Source: Mobula hypostoma
Taxonomy: Eukaryota
Length of the DNA stretch: 64,000 bases
Direction: 5' to 3'
Assembly: GCF_963921235.1 (NCBI RefSeq)
Contig: NC_086107.1
Coordinates: 111,416,001-111,480,000 of the forward strand
Shown: piece by piece, positions 10,937 to 23,794 of the stretch
Layout of the letters: every line of letters begins with the position of its first letter
Numbering within the stretch: the first letter of the stretch is position 1
Made by a program: the position numbers and the translations under genes
Notes under the pieces: generated by a model
What the model was told of the DNA's origin: nothing
What the model saw: the letters and a program-made list of their open reading frames with translations, nothing else
Databases searched by the model: none

Positions 10937-11102
10937 TATGGCAAAGATGTCTTTCCTCAGATTAGGGGACCAAAACTGCACACAATACTCCAGGTGTGGT
11001 CTCACCAAGGCCTTGTACAACTGCAGTAGTACCTCCCTGCTCCTGTACTCGAATCCTCTTGTTATGAATGCCAGCATACCATTCGCGTTTTTCCCCGCCT
11101 GC
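10937..11102 (-). mobile_element. CR1 internal fragment lacking its 3' end
   Basis: Peptide QAGKNANGMLAFITRGFEYRSREVLLQLYKALVRPHLEYCVQFWSPNLRKDIFAI, colinear with window positions 80-245. Confidence 0.9.
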
Positions 11103-11799
11103 AAGGTCAAAGCTCAAGGTCACCCATCATGGCCAGTGTGGAGGCAATCTTTGCCCCAGTATCACTAACCCTAGCTGGAGTGGACCACTTTAAAGGGAAA
11201 GGAGCAGAAAATGATCAATAAACCAATTGTTTGGAATCAAGTGACCTTGCGTGGGGTCTCAGAGCTGGGTGTGTCTGCACCTGTGCCACCTCACACCTCT
11301 GGCACTTCTTCTCTGCCACCTGTCCCACACCCCTCCCCTGGCGCTCCAGCCTCGCCCCTCTCAACCTCCGTTGCTCCCGTCAGAATTACAAACTCGCTCT
11401 TTGCTCCACATTGACAAATACAGTACTATGCAAAAGTCTTAGGCACTCATTCACTCCTTTGTAAAAGCTTTAAGTCGCTTTTTATAATGCTGTTTACATT
11501 GTAAATACATCCTGGCATTTTCATTTTATTCCATATCTGTTCTTTAGTCACTAAATTTATTCTTTACGTAATTCTTTATTCTTTATTATTGTTGAATGTT
11601 GTTGTTTTCTGCTGCATGTCGTGCCCTGACCCGACACCCCACAACAAATTCCTAATACGTGTAAGTGTACAAATTGAATAAAGTTGATCCTTGATGTGAT
11701 AAATAAATAATTAATTTTGAATTTGTATTATTTTAATTGCAGAGCTGTAACTCGGGGCTTGAAGTTCTACTAGGCAAATTCTTTGGGTCCTTGCCTTTT

Positions 11800-12385
11800 G
11801 TAGAATATAGAACATTGACCATCAGAGTAAACCAGGCCCTTTGGCCCATGATGTTGTACCGACCTTTTCACCTACTCTAATATCAATCTAACCCTTCCCT
11901 CCTACGTAAGCCTCCATTTTTCTGTCATCCATATGCCTATCTAAGAGTTTATTAAATGCTCCTAATACAGGGCTTCCCAAACTTTTTTTGTCATGGACCA
12001 ATACCATTAAACAAAGGGTCCACGGACCTTAAGTTGGGAACCCCTGTCCAAATATATCAACCTTTGCCATCACTCTCTGTGTAAAGAACTTACCTCTGAC
12101 ATCCCCTCCCCTATACTTTCCTCCAATCACCTTGAAATTATGCCGCCCTGTACTAGAAAAAGTCTCTGGCTATCCACTCTGTCTATACCTCAAGTCATCT
12201 TGTACACCTCTATCCTGTCACCTCTCATCGTCCTTCACTCCAAAGAGAAAAGTCCTACCTCACTCAACCTATCCCCATGAGACATGCTCTCTAATCCAGG
12301 CAGCATCCTGGTAAATCTCCTCTGCACCCTGTCTATAGCTTCCGTATCCTTCTTATAATAAGGCGACTAGACTGAACACGTTGCA
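11800..12385 (-). mobile_element. Decayed CR1 3' end hosting a MITE
   Basis: TAGAATATAGAACAT tail, CCAGGCAGCATCCTGGTAAATCTCCTCTGCAC (the QRRFTRMLPG region). Confidence 0.75.
11968..12046. mobile_element. 79-bp hAT (Charlie-type TIR) MITE
   Basis: TIRs CAGGGCTTCCCAA / TTGGGAACCCCTG, 8-bp TSD TCCTAATA / TCCAAATA. Confidence 0.85.
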
Positions 12386-13324
12386 CACTGGTTGAATACC
12401 CAGTTGACGCAATCTTTCATTGGTTCTATTATGGTTACTGGATTTATTGAGTATGCCCACAAGGAAGTGAATCTCACGGTTGGATATGGTGACATATCCA
12501 GAAGGTGGAGCTTAGGAGGGTCAAAGGCACCTAACAGCGACTCTTTTGCTTGCTTCTTCAGAAACAGCTCTATTTCCATCTTTTCCCTTTCAGGGTTCGT
12601 TTGAAGACCCTGACTTGGAGTTACACACTGACTAGCAGGTGTCTGAGCAGAAGACTGGTGTGTCATGGGAGATGGAAGATCTAAGGCTGTGTGCCCAGAG
12701 ACCTGAGGTCTTTGGGCACAGAGCTCGGGAAAAGCGACGCAACGGACTTTTAACATCGTAATCTAGTAAGATGTTTGTTATGTCTCCTCGCTCGCTGTGA
12801 AGACGGAGACACCTCTTTCTCCCTTATTAGGGAGAGACAGAACCTGTGGTATGCTGAATGCCAGGTGAACAATGTCGTCTTTGGGGTAACTGCAAGTCTG
12901 TGTCTTTGCTGTTGCGTTGCTCACGTATGAATGCTCAGTGGTGGGTACCGATGCTTTTTTTTTGCTGGTGGGTGGGGGCATCGTTGTTTGCTGCTGCTTA
13001 CGCGCGGGAGGGAGGGGAGCTGGGGGGGAGGGACTTTGAGGTTCCAACATTTGACTGTCATTCATTCTTTGGGGGCACTGCTCTGTTTTTGTGGATGTTT
13101 GTGAAGAAAAAGCACTTCAGGATGTATATTATATACATTTCTCTGACATTAAATGTACCTTTGAAACATATATGTACTTTAATAATTAAGCTGCTTTGAA
13201 CTTTGAACTTACAATTGGTACTCTGCCTGCATGGGCAGGTAAGAGTTAAATGGAATTCCATCCAGGGAAGTACAAGATAACACTCTTGGAGAATACCTGC
13301 AGTGGCTCTTTGTTGGGTGCTCCT

Positions 13325-14108
13325 ATAAAGTGGCCAGTGAGTGCATGTTTGTGATCTTCTGCTGCTGTAGCCTATCCACTTCAAGGTTTGACGTGTTGTG
13401 CATTCAGAGACGTCCTTCTGCACACCACTGCTGTAACGCGTGGTTACTTGAGTTACTGTCGCCTTCCTGTCAGCTTGAACCAGTCTGGCCATTCTCCTCT
13501 GATCTTTTCTCATTAACAAGGTGCACTTGCCCACAGAACTTCCGCTCACTGGATGTTTTTTTGTATCTCACATCATCCTCTGCAAACTCTAGAGACTGTT
13601 GTGTGTGAAAATCCCAGGAGACCACCAACTTCTGAGATACTCAAACCATGCAATCATTCCAATGTCAAAATCACTTAGATCACATTTCTTCCCCAATCTG
13701 ATGTTTGGTTATATTGTCATAGAAGAGCACAGCACAGAAACAGGCCCTTTGGCCCATCTAGTCTGTGCCAAACCATTTAAACAGGTTAGTCCCATTGATC
13801 TGCACCAGGGGCATACCCCTCCCATCCATGTAGCTATCCAAACCTCTCTTAAATGTTAAAACTGAAATCGCATCCCCAGCTCATTCCACACTCTCAACAC
13901 CGCCTGAATGAAGTTTTCCCTTAACCATTTCACCTTTCACCCTTAACCCATGACCTCTAGTTGTAGTCTAATCTGAACAACAATTGAACCTTGTGACCAT
14001 GTCTGCATGCTTTTATGCATTGAGTTGTTGTCATATGATTGGCTAATGAGATATTTGCATTAACAAGCAGGAGTACAGGTGTACCTAATAAAGTAGCCAC
14101 CGTGTGTA
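13325..14108 (-). mobile_element. Tc1-like remnant (same family as 5578-6126) with a nested CR1 tail at about 13715-13970
   Basis: Peptide RRMARLVQADRKATVTQVTTRYSSGVQKDVSECTTRQTLKWIGYSSRR. Terminal GTACCTAATAAAGTAGCCACCGTGTGTA. Confidence 0.85.
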
Positions 14109-14135
14109 CAATTGGGCTAAATAGGAATATATACA

Positions 14136-14425
14136 GGCATCCGTTAGTCTCATGAGACCATGGATTTGTGCCTTAGAAGGTTTCCAGGCCTGGGCAAGGC
14201 TGTATGGAAGACCAGCAGTTGCCCATGCTGCAAGTCTCCCCTCTCCACGCCACCAATGTTATCCAAGGGAAGGGCATTAGGACCCATACAGCCTGGCACC
14301 GGTGTCGTCGCAGAGCAATGTGTGATTAAGTGCCTTGCTCAAGGACACACATGCTGCCTCAGCCAAGGCTCGAACTAGCGACCTTCAAATCACTAGACGA
14401 ATGCCTTAACCACTTGGCCACATGC
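14136..14425 (-). mobile_element. tRNA-derived SINE, full length
   Basis: Minus-strand A-box TGGCCAAGTGG and B-box AGTTCGAGCC. The body matches 1515-1712 and 19640-19938. Confidence 0.85.
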
Positions 14426-14889
14426 CAAATAGGAATAGGAATGCAATGGGAAATATGAAGTGACGTGGAAGAACAAAAGGACCTGTAATGTATGACCACA
14501 ATTTGCAGAACAGACTCAACGGGCCAAATGGCCTATTCTGCTTCTATGACTTATGGTCTAATTTTGAAACAAGGGTTAAAAAGGTAAATAGGCTGTTTTC
14601 CTTCATAGTATACTTCATTATACCAAACTGTGCACAACACAAGTTAGACCTCAGCTTCAGAACTGCATGTAGTTCTGGATGTCATAACTATCGTGTGATT
14701 ACACTGGAGAGGGTCAAATAGAGAGCAACAAGGATGAAGAGAGGACGAGAAAGTTTGTAGCTCTGAGGAACAACTAGATAAATTAACACTGTTTTGTTTG
14801 AAGTAGAGGCAAGTAAGGAGGGATTTAACTGAGATGTATAAAAGTATGAAGGTACAAGATGGAGAAGATAAACAGGATGAACAATGGGT

Positions 14890-15120
14890 CCCACGGTAGA
14901 GTAGTGGTTAGCACAACACTATTACAGCTCAGGGCAATCCAGAGTTTGGAGTTCAATTCTGGAGTCGTTCTGTAAGGAGACTCTGTACATCCTCCCCGTG
15001 GAATAGATGGGTTTCTCCAGGTGCTCTGGTTTCCTCCCACAGTCCAAAATGTACCAGGTAGGTTCATTAGTCACTGTGAATTCTCCTGTGATCGGGTTAT
15101 GGTTAAATTGGGGTCATGGG
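14890..15120 (+). mobile_element. HE1-like V-SINE
   Basis: GTAGTGGTTAGCAC...GAGTTCAATTC...GGTGCTCTGGTTTCCTCCCACAGTCCAAA. Confidence 0.8.
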
Positions 15121-15339
15121 TTTGCTGTGCCGGAGTGCCGCATTGTGAAAAAGATTATAGTAGCACTATAACGTGGCTTTTGTTTGCCAAACTAATAGCA
15201 CATAACGGAAAATGCTACTTCCCTTTCTCAATTATTCTTGCAATTCCTGAGCTAAACTAGATTCTTAGGTAGATTATGATGGCCACACATCAATTGAAAA
15301 CTGGTTAACTCCAAGTAGATCCCTGTTGGCCATTGGCGA

Positions 15340-15900
15340 ACCACACACAAAATGCTGGAGGAATCTTGAGCAATTTCTGACCTGAAAGATTCGGGCTTCT
15401 TCCCGCCGTCTTTTTCAGCCCTGATGAAGGGTCTCATCCCAGAACTTCAACTATTTATTTATCTCCATAGATGCTGCTTGACTTGCTGAATTTCTCCAGC
15501 ATTTTTATGTGGTACTCTGAATTTCCAGCATCTGCAGAATCTCCTGTGTTTACGGTCATCAGTGAGAACTTAGAAGGGATCCCTATCTCAATTGAATGCA
15601 GCAGACCCAATTAAATGCAGAACCATCAAAGATGAAAGAGTAAACTCAAGAGATCCTGCAGATGCTGGAAATCCAGAGCAACACACACAAAACTGCTGGA
15701 GGAACACAGCAGGTCAGGCAGCATCTATGGAGAGGAATAAACAGTCAACATTTGAGGTTGAGACCCTTCATCAGGACTGAAGCCAGAAGTGGGGTGGAGG
15801 GGGAGGGAAAGGAGTATCAATGTTGAGTGAGGGGAAGGTTGGGTGGGTGAGGAAGAGGGGTGTGAAATAAGATGCTATAAGGTGATAAGCTGAAGAAAAA
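15340..15900. mobile_element. Cluster of oppositely oriented Penelope pseudo-LTR fragments
   Basis: CTGATGAAGGGTCTC at 15421 (+) and GAGACCCTTCATCAGGACTG at about 15760-15779 (-). Confidence 0.8.
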
Positions 15901-15916
15901 GCTCCCCGGGAGCGGG

Positions 15917-16585
15917 GAGAAGATGGCGGTGCGCGCGGCCAGTTCGGTGATGATCTCTGTTATCTGTCAAGTAGGGCACCGTGCACAATTCTGATTTGAT
16001 GGAGACAGACATGAGAGTATGGAGGAACATCTGGAAAACTTCTGAAATGCCCGCTTTGCTGCCGCTGCTACTGTGTGGTAACCAGAATCTCCGGAGCTGA
16101 AGGCCTCGAAATCCTCGGCTTTGCGTGTTTCAGCGGCCGGGGCGAGGTCGAAGGCGCTCGGCAGAGGATGGCGCTCGGGAGGCTGTATCAGAGAGGCTGG
16201 TCGGAAGCTCGGAGTTTTTGGACGGATGGACTCAGTGTTGGCTGTGGTCGGCTGCTTCCAAGGTATCGGCAAGTTGACGGTGCCTGGAGGTTTATGGCAG
16301 GGAGTTTCTCCCTTTTGCCGCCTGCTATCGGGGACTCGGGAGTCGATCGACTCGGGACTTTGAGACCTTTTTTTTACTGTGCCCATGGTCTGCTTTTTAT
16401 CAAATTATGGTATTGCTTTGCACTGCTGTAACTATATGTTATAATTATGTGGTTTTGTCAGTGTTAGTCTTTGGTCTGTCTTGTTTTCCATGATATCACT
16501 CTGGAGAAACATTGTATCATTTCTTAGTGCATATATGCATTTCTAAATGACAATAAAAGAGGACTGAGTGTTCTCATAATCTAAA
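15917..16585 (+). mobile_element. About 670-bp non-autonomous retroelement (AAGATGGCG 5' end, AATAAA plus AATCT tail)
   Basis: Full-length, highly similar inverted copy at 50376-51056. Confidence 0.8.
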
Positions 16586-16624
16586 AAAAAGGAGTCTGGT
16601 CGGACAGTGGACTATGGAATAAGG

Positions 16625-16686
16625 CAGGGGTTCCCAACACTTTAATAGTATTGGTCCATGTCATACAAAAGGGCTGGGAACCCCTG
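16625..16686. mobile_element. 62-bp hAT MITE, same family as 11968-12046 in opposite orientation
   Basis: TIRs CAGGGGTTCCCA / TGGGAACCCCTG. Internal GTATTGGTCCATG is the reverse complement of CATGGACCAATAC. Degenerate TSD GAATAAGG/GGATAAAG. Confidence 0.8.
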
Positions 16687-18639
16687 GGATAAAGGGAATG
16701 AGGAGGGGAACCAGAGAGAGGTGATGGGCAGGTGAGAGTGGAACTGGAATGGGGAATAGAAAAAGAGAGAGGGAGGGAGGGGTGAAAGAGTATTATCAGC
16801 AGTATAATGCCACGGTATCCCTGAGCAACAGGCTTGAATTCTCCATACTGACCTATTATAGAATGTATCTAGGTCATTCCATCAACGTTTCAAATGACAC
16901 CGAATCTTGACAAGTGCTGCCTTGGCCTTTCTCTTTGTCAGCTCACAAAGTCCATTCAGTTAGGATTCACGCCTCCAGCAAAACTTTTAAGCAATAAATC
17001 GCATACGGTAATGGGGGAGAAAGAAGAAATATGAAACAAAATCTCCTCAGTACCGAAGAGAATGCAAATCCTACTACAGTACAACATTCCCCAACACCAT
17101 TTTCGGGACACTGTCAGAAATTACCCTACAGCTGCAAATCTCTGTACTTCCTGGCAGTTCACAATTATTGCTTGCTCCCTGTTTCACACTTGGACCTTGC
17201 ATTATTTTGAAATTTTGAGATAAAGATTACACGTACATCAAATCAAACGGTGAGGTGCATTGCTTCCGATAAGCTGGCAGTGTGCTCAGACACAGAGGCC
17301 ACTCCAGGTCCAACCAAGGATGCAGTTATTCACTTTGTATCTTTTTTAAGATCACAAGACTCTGCTGGTTATCAAGAATATCGAGTACTGCAGGCTTCCC
17401 CTTCAGCCAGTTGCTCAATAGTGACGGGGCTGGACTTACTAGGTACTGTAGTTGTGGTGTCACCTGGACTGGTTACGTACCGTCGCCGTGCCGAGGTGCC
17501 GCGTGATCCAAAAGAAAGTGCAAGTGACTGTCTTGGGACATTTTTCTTGCGATCGCAAGATCCTGTTGAACGTTGGTGATGTGGATTACTGCAAATCTGG
17601 TTCGCTGGTTTGTTGGTGAGACAGATGGCGGGGAGCTGTGTTGCCTTGGTTGTGGCGAGGACTAGGCCCTCAGACTACGGGGTTGCCTATTGCAGCCACC
17701 CAGGAGAGAAGACACTGAGGCAGTATGGGAGAGAGAAGAGGCATCTGTGGGTTTGCTGGAGTACGTGCTGGGATGGGGGCTTCTCTCCAGTGTTCCAGAA
17801 CATCCCATGCACCATCATTCCACAGGCCATGCCATTCAGGGCCTTGGACTATATTTTTTAGTGACTTTACATTTCCTGCTATCATAACTATATGTGCTAT
17901 GTGCTGTGTGCTGTTGGTAATGTGTTTTGCACCTTGGCTCTAGAGGCACACTGTTTCATTTGGCTATATTCATGTACAGCTGAAAGATAGTTGAACTTGA
18001 ACTTGAGTTTGCATCAAATTAAATCAGTGAGGAATGTGCTGGGGGCAGCCCAGAAGTGTTCCGCACACTTCACGGGCCTACCTAGTATGCCCACAGCTCA
18101 CTAATCCTAACCTGTATACTTCTCGAATGTGGGAGGATTCCAGGGCAGCCAAAGGAATTCTACGCAGTAACTGAGAAAATATACAAACTCCTTACGGGCA
18201 GCAGTGGGAAATGAACCCTAGCCGGAGAAGGATGGCGCCGTAAACTGATGTGCTAACCGCCACACTATCGTAACCCTGTATTCATGATGTAGGTATGAAT
18301 GACAAGGCCGGCATTTAATACATATCCCTAATTGCCCTGAAAGTGGGACGGTATGGCCAAAATGGTGTGGGGGCTACGATCGGACAGCTGGAAATATAAG
18401 AGACTGCAGATGCTGGAATCTGGATGCAGGACTGCAATGCAAAATATCGACAGCTCCTTTCCTCCCAGAGATGCTGCTCACCGAGTGACCAATACTGGGT
18501 GTGCTTGACAGAAAAGAAATATGACTTCACTATCTTCTCACCAACTATTCCCCCCAACTCCAATTCAAGAACTAACAGAATAGGCCAGGTGGATGCCCAG
18601 AATGGAACATACAGTCAAGTCATCAGCACCAATTCTGAG

Positions 18640-18848
18640 CAACGTTCCCTCTAATTTTCTTTTACAGCTGTGCAGACCAACCATGGCTCTGAGTGGAAAT
18701 TTTTTTTACACTGCCTGAAAACTGCGCGGCACTTTAATGAAACACCATATAAAAGAAAATCACAGCTGTGTGGCAACAACGGCTATGTACGTGGGAGCAT
18801 TGTGGTTACAGCGCGGCCGTACACCCGCACGGCTCGGAGGGAACGGTG
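18640..18848. mobile_element. 209-bp hAT-type MITE
   Basis: TIRs CAACGTTCCCTC / GAGGGAACGGTG, 8-bp TSD ATTCTGAG / ATCCTGAG. Confidence 0.8.
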
Positions 18849-19639
18849 ATCCTGAGCTATCAGTGGGGGTTTGCCTTTACGTATCAGCTATGACTAGGAT
18901 TGAGTTCAGAGACCCAGTCTAGACACGCGACTACGTAACTCGGGCCAACACTGGCACTTCCAACCCAGCAGCGGAATTCATACAGCCACCTGCTTCACAA
19001 ATCCAGTGGCCCAGGTTCGACCTCAACCCCTGGTAGTGGCTGGAGGGAGTTTTCACCTTCTCTCTGTGTCACTGCACGTTTCCTCTGGGCTCAATGGGTT
19101 CTTTCCACATCCCAAAAAATGCAGAATGATAGAGTGAATGTCTGCTGTAAATTCCCCTTGGTGTACATGAGTGGTATAAGACCTTAAGATATAGGAGCAG
19201 AATTAGGCCATTTGGCCCATTGAGTCTGTTCTGTTGATTTATTATTCCTCCTAATCCCATTCTCCTGCCCTCTCCCTGTAACCTTTGATGCTCTGACTAA
19301 TCAAGAACCTATGAACCTCAGCTTCAAATATTCGCAATGACTTGCCCTCCACAGCCATCCGTGGCAATGAATTCCACAGATTCACCACCATCCAGCTAAA
19401 GAAATCACCCCTCAGCTCTGTTCTAAAAGGGAGGTCATTCTATTCTAAGGCAGTCCCTCTGGTCCTGGACTCCCCACTATAGGAAACATCCTCTCCACGT
19501 CCATGTGCATGTATAATCATGGAGGGGCGGGTGTCATTGTTTAGCACAAAATGGGTCAGGTAGGATTAATGTTAAAATTGGTCCTTATTGTTCAGTACAA
19601 TTTTGGTGGGCTGTAGCACCTGTTTCTATACTGAATCCT

Positions 19640-19938
19640 TCTGGCTTGCGAGATCATGGATCTGCGCCTGGAAAGTCTTCACACTCCAGGGCGCAAGGCC
19701 TGGGCAAGGTTGTATGGAAGACCAGCAGTTGCCCATGCTGCAAGTCTTACCTCTCCACACCACTGATGTTGTCCAAGGGAAGGGCATTAGGACCCATACA
19801 GCTTGGCACCGGTGTCGTCACAGAGCAATGTGTGATTAAGTGCCTTGCTCAAGGACACAACACGTTGCCTTGGCTGGGGCTCAAACTCACGACCTTCAGA
19901 TCGCTAGTCGAATGCTTTAACTACTTGGCCACGTGCCC
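19640..19938 (-). mobile_element. tRNA-derived SINE
   Basis: Colinear with 14136-14425. Confidence 0.85.
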
Positions 19939-20199
19939 ACATGAATCTCTCTGTAGCTCACTATGATATGATCTTTTTGGGAGGACACATTAAACCTACG
20001 CATTGCTAAAAATGCTAAAGTTTAAAGAAAAATCCATAAGCAATTGGAGTATTGTAACATAAACCTGAATCTCAACTGATTCAAATCCCATTCAAGGTCT
20101 TTTGCATTTGGGAGCAATGTTCCACTGAACATTATTTGCTGCTGGAAGTTCACCCAGGAAACCAAGCTTACATGCACAAATTCCCCATTCTACACCAAA

Positions 20200-20400
20200 G
20201 CAGCTATGAGGCTAGTGCGGGAGTACTGCTCCCTAGACTGGCATTTGAGGGGAGCAATGGGACTGTATGGTGAGATCAACCACAGTGAGCTGAAGTCTAT
20301 GTCTGATGCTCTTTAGGAGAAAGATGCCCAGCAACTGCTTAGACAGCAGGGAGGCTGCCTGTCTTGGACAATATTGCTCCCTTTACCAACACTACTTACA
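20200..20400 (+). mobile_element. Ancient Deu-SINE (SacSINE1-like) remnant
   Basis: AAAGATGCCC...CAGCAGGGAG...TGTCTTGGACAATATTGCTCCCTTTACCAACAC resembles my recollection of the Deu-domain SINE body (GTCCTGGCCAATATTTATCCCTCAACCAAC). Confidence 0.45.
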
Positions 20401-20447
20401 GATGTTCTCCTTCACGAGTGCCAAGTTAACTAATGTAGAAGAGAGGG

Positions 20448-20625
20448 GGTGGCACCTTGTGTAACAGTTAGCGCAATTCTTTTACAGTGCAAGTGATCAC
20501 CGATCAGGGTGACTGACTCTCGCCGCTGCCTGTAAGGAGTTTGTACGTTCTCTCCGTGACCGTGTAGGTTTCCTCCGGGTGCTCTGGTTTCCTCCCACAG
20601 TCCAAAGACCACGGTGGTTAGTAAG
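20448..20625 (+). mobile_element. HE1-like V-SINE
   Basis: GTAAGGAGTTTGTACGTTCTCTCCGTGACCGTGTAGGTTTCCTCCGGGTGCTCTGGTTTCCTCCCACAGTCCAAAGAC. Confidence 0.85.
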
Positions 20626-21889
20626 GTGTGGGCCTGCTACGTTGGTGCTGGAAGTGTGGCGTCACTGGCAGGCTACTCCCAGCTCAATTCTCCAAATGTG
20701 TTGCTCATTGATGCAAAATGACGCATTTCACTGGCTGTTTCAGCATACGTGTGACAAATTAAACTAATCTTTAATCTTCTTTCTCTCTTTCATTAAGATG
20801 CATTAATCATTTGAAGTAACAAGATGGTTAGATAAATAAAAAGCAAGCTTTACCCCATAAGAACAGAAGATTCAAATGGCAGAATTAGGCAATTTGGCCC
20901 ATCGAGTCTGCTCCATCATTTCATCATGGCTGATCCATTTTCCCTCTCAGCCCCAATCTCCTGCCTTCTCCCGTGACCTTTCATGCCCTGACCAATCTAG
21001 AACCTATCACCCTCTGCCTTAACTATACTCAATGACTTGGCCTCCACAGATCTCATGGCAGTGAATTCCACAGATTTGCCACTCTCTGGTTAAAGAAATT
21101 CCTCTTTTTCCATTCTAAAAGGACATCCCTCAAATCTGATGCAGTGTCCTCTGGTCTTAGACTCCCCCACCTTTGGAAACATCCTCTCCACATCCACCCT
21201 ATCGAGGCCTTTCAACCTTCAATAGACCCCACCCGACCCCCACATTCTTCCGAAATCCAGTGAGCACAGTCCTGGAGCTTTCATTGGTGGATGGGTCAGT
21301 AAGTGGGGGAAAGGTTGGTGGCAACGGAATTGGAAGACAGATAAGAAACGCCTCCTTTTATCCACGTGGAAGCACAAGAGGCTGCAAATGCTGGAACCCA
21401 GAGCAATACACAATACACAGGATGATTTCAGCAGATCCAGCAGCGTCTATGGAGGGTAATGGACAGTTGATGTTGTTGGTGAATAATCCATCTTCTGTGA
21501 GATCAGGATAGTGAAGAGAGGTTTTGGAGATGGACCAAGTGAATTTGAGAGAGGGGTGAAAGTTCCCAGCCAAGTTGCTGAGATGGAGACGGACTGCTTT
21601 TAAAATAATGTCCATTCACCCTTAGGCTGAAGTTGGCTGTCCACTTCCCTTCATAGATGCCACTTGACCTGCTCAGTTCCTCGAGCCCATTGTACAAATA
21701 CATCTCTTAATCCTGAGAATGCTCCTCAAAAGGATGACGCATGCAAGTTTAACAATAGGTTTTCAAAAGTGGACTGGCTGAATAGTTGAAAAGGAACTAT
21801 TTGCAGTGTTACAGAAAACAAGCTGGGAAATAGTATTATACAACTGACTGAAGTCATTCTGAAAGACTTCCTGTGCTCTGCGTCTTTTA

Positions 21890-22745
21890 GACCATATGAC
21901 ATAGAAACAGAATTAGGCCATTCGGTCCATCAAGCCTGGTAGCCATTTGATCATGATTGATTTGTTATCCGTGTCAACCCCATTCTCTCGCCTTCTCCCC
22001 ATAACCGTTGAACCCCTTAGTATCAAGAACCAATCAACCTCTGCTTTAAATATAACCATTGACTTGGCCTCTACAGCCGCGGGTGGCAATGAATTCCACA
22101 GGCATAAATCACGCCTCAGCAATGCCTTATATAATTTCAACAAAACATGCCATCTCCTGCATTTAATATGTTGATTTATGAAGGCTAATGTGCCAAAAGC
22201 TTTCTTTATGACCCTATCCAACTGTAACGCCACTTCCAATGAATTGTCGACCTCTATTCCCAGATCCCTCTGTTCTACCACAGTACTCATTGCCCTTCTG
22301 CTCACCGTGTAAGACCTACCCTGCTGGTCTTCACAAAGTGCAATACCTCACACATCTGCATTAAATTCCATCTGCCATTATTCCAGAGGGTCCAGATTCC
22401 GCTGCAAGCTTTGGTAGTCTTTCTCACTGCACTACACCCCCAATCTTGGTGTCATCCGCAAACTTGCTGAACCAGATAAGCACACCATCATCCAGATTGT
22501 AGATACAGATGACAAACAACATTGGGCCCAACACCAACCCCTGTGGCACACCACTAGTCACAGGCCTCTGGTCAGAGAGGCAACCATCTACTCCCACTCT
22601 CTGGCTTCTCCCACAAAACCAATGCCTAATCCAATTTACAACTTCATCTTAAACGCCGAGCTAATGACCTTTCTTGAGCTTCCTCCCACGTGGGACCTTG
22701 CCTTAAAGTCCATGTAGACAGCATCCACTGCCCTGCCTTCATCAA
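21890..22745 (-). mobile_element. CR1 pieces including decayed reverse-transcriptase core
   Basis: Minus strand VDEGRAVDAVYMDFK, GVPQGLVLGPMLF and SKFADDTKI (22441-22470). It is joined, across an internal deletion, to a 3' end. Confidence 0.9.
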
Positions 22746-23071
22746 CTTTAAGAACATTGCCTTCAAGAACATTAGTCCCATCAAGATCAAACTTCTGATT
22801 CCTGACTTTGTGTGTAGCAACATCTTTCTCCACAACTATTCCAACAAAACAGCTTTTTTGTTTTACACACAGAGTGGTGGATGCATCTGGCAGGGGTGAT
22901 GGTAGAGGCAGACACATGATATTTAAGAGACTCTTAGACAGGGATGAAAGTAAAATGGAGGGCTGTGTGGGAGGGAAGGGTTAGATTGATCTTTGAGTCA
23001 GTTAAAAGGTCAGCACAACATTGTGGGCTGAAGGGCCTGTGTTGTAGTATTTGATGTTCTAAACAAGGAAG

Positions 23072-23330
23072 GGAAAAAAAAGAAATTGTATTTATAAAGC
23101 TCCTTTCATAGTCTCTGGAGATCCCCAAGCATTTTACGGCCAATTAAGGTGCTGTTTAAGAGTAGTCACTGTGGGAGAAATGTAATAGACAGCTTGTGTA
23201 TTAGAACAAACAGGAACAGGAAAATGTCCAGATAATCGTTTCACGATAATTGAGCAAGATATCATGATGAGGACAGCAGGGATCGCTCCCTACTCCTCTA
23301 AAATAAACAGCAGGATGATTTATTTTAATT
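23072..23330 (-). mobile_element. Ancient Deu-SINE (SacSINE1-like) 3' remnant
   Basis: TTGTATTTATAAAGCTCCTTTCA...CCCCAAGCATTTTACGGCCAAT...GTAGTCACTGT...CCAGATAATC resembles the recalled inverted 3' part of the shark Deu-SINE. Confidence 0.6.
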
Positions 23331-23344
23331 CCAGAAGGCAAACT

Positions 23345-23730
23345 AAATTAAAGTAAATTTATTATCAAAGCAGGTACTGGATATGTCACCATATAGTACA
23401 CCGCGATTCATTTTCTTGCAGGCATTCATAGTGGATACAAAGAAACGCAATAGAATCAATTAAAAATTACACACAAAGATTGACAAACAACCACTGCACA
23501 AAAGAAAACAAACTGTGCTAATATTAAATAAACAAACGAATAAATAATATTGAGAATGTGAGTTGTAAAGTCCTTGAAAGTGAGTCCAGAGGTTGTGGAG
23601 TCAGTTTAGTGTTGAGGTGAGCGAAGTTATCCATGCTAGTGCAGGAGCCTGATGGTTGAGGGGTAGTAATTATTCCTGAACCTGGTGGTGTGGAACCGAA
23701 GTCTCCTGTACCTCTTGTCTGATGGTTGGA
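23345..23730 (-). mobile_element. Rex1/Babar-derived non-autonomous family (AAAGTAAATTTATTATCAAAG end)
   Basis: Multi-copy in the window: about 27845-28740, 29005-29370 plus 29750-30015, 37010-37460, 39580-40200, 41050-41400 and 44370-44750. All are colinear, and most run into GAGCCTGATGGTTGAGGGGTA..AACT.TTCCTGAACCTGGTG. Confidence 0.75.
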
Positions 23731-23794
23731 TAACGTTTCAACCAAAAGTAGCAGTCCAAGATTGTAGGATTCCCTCAGTCCTGAAGCGGAATAG

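Noticed and set aside
15967..16431. ORFs conserved between here and 50529-51089
   Set aside because: The similarity reflects two young copies of one repeat. Several frames on both strands are open and no domain is recognisable.
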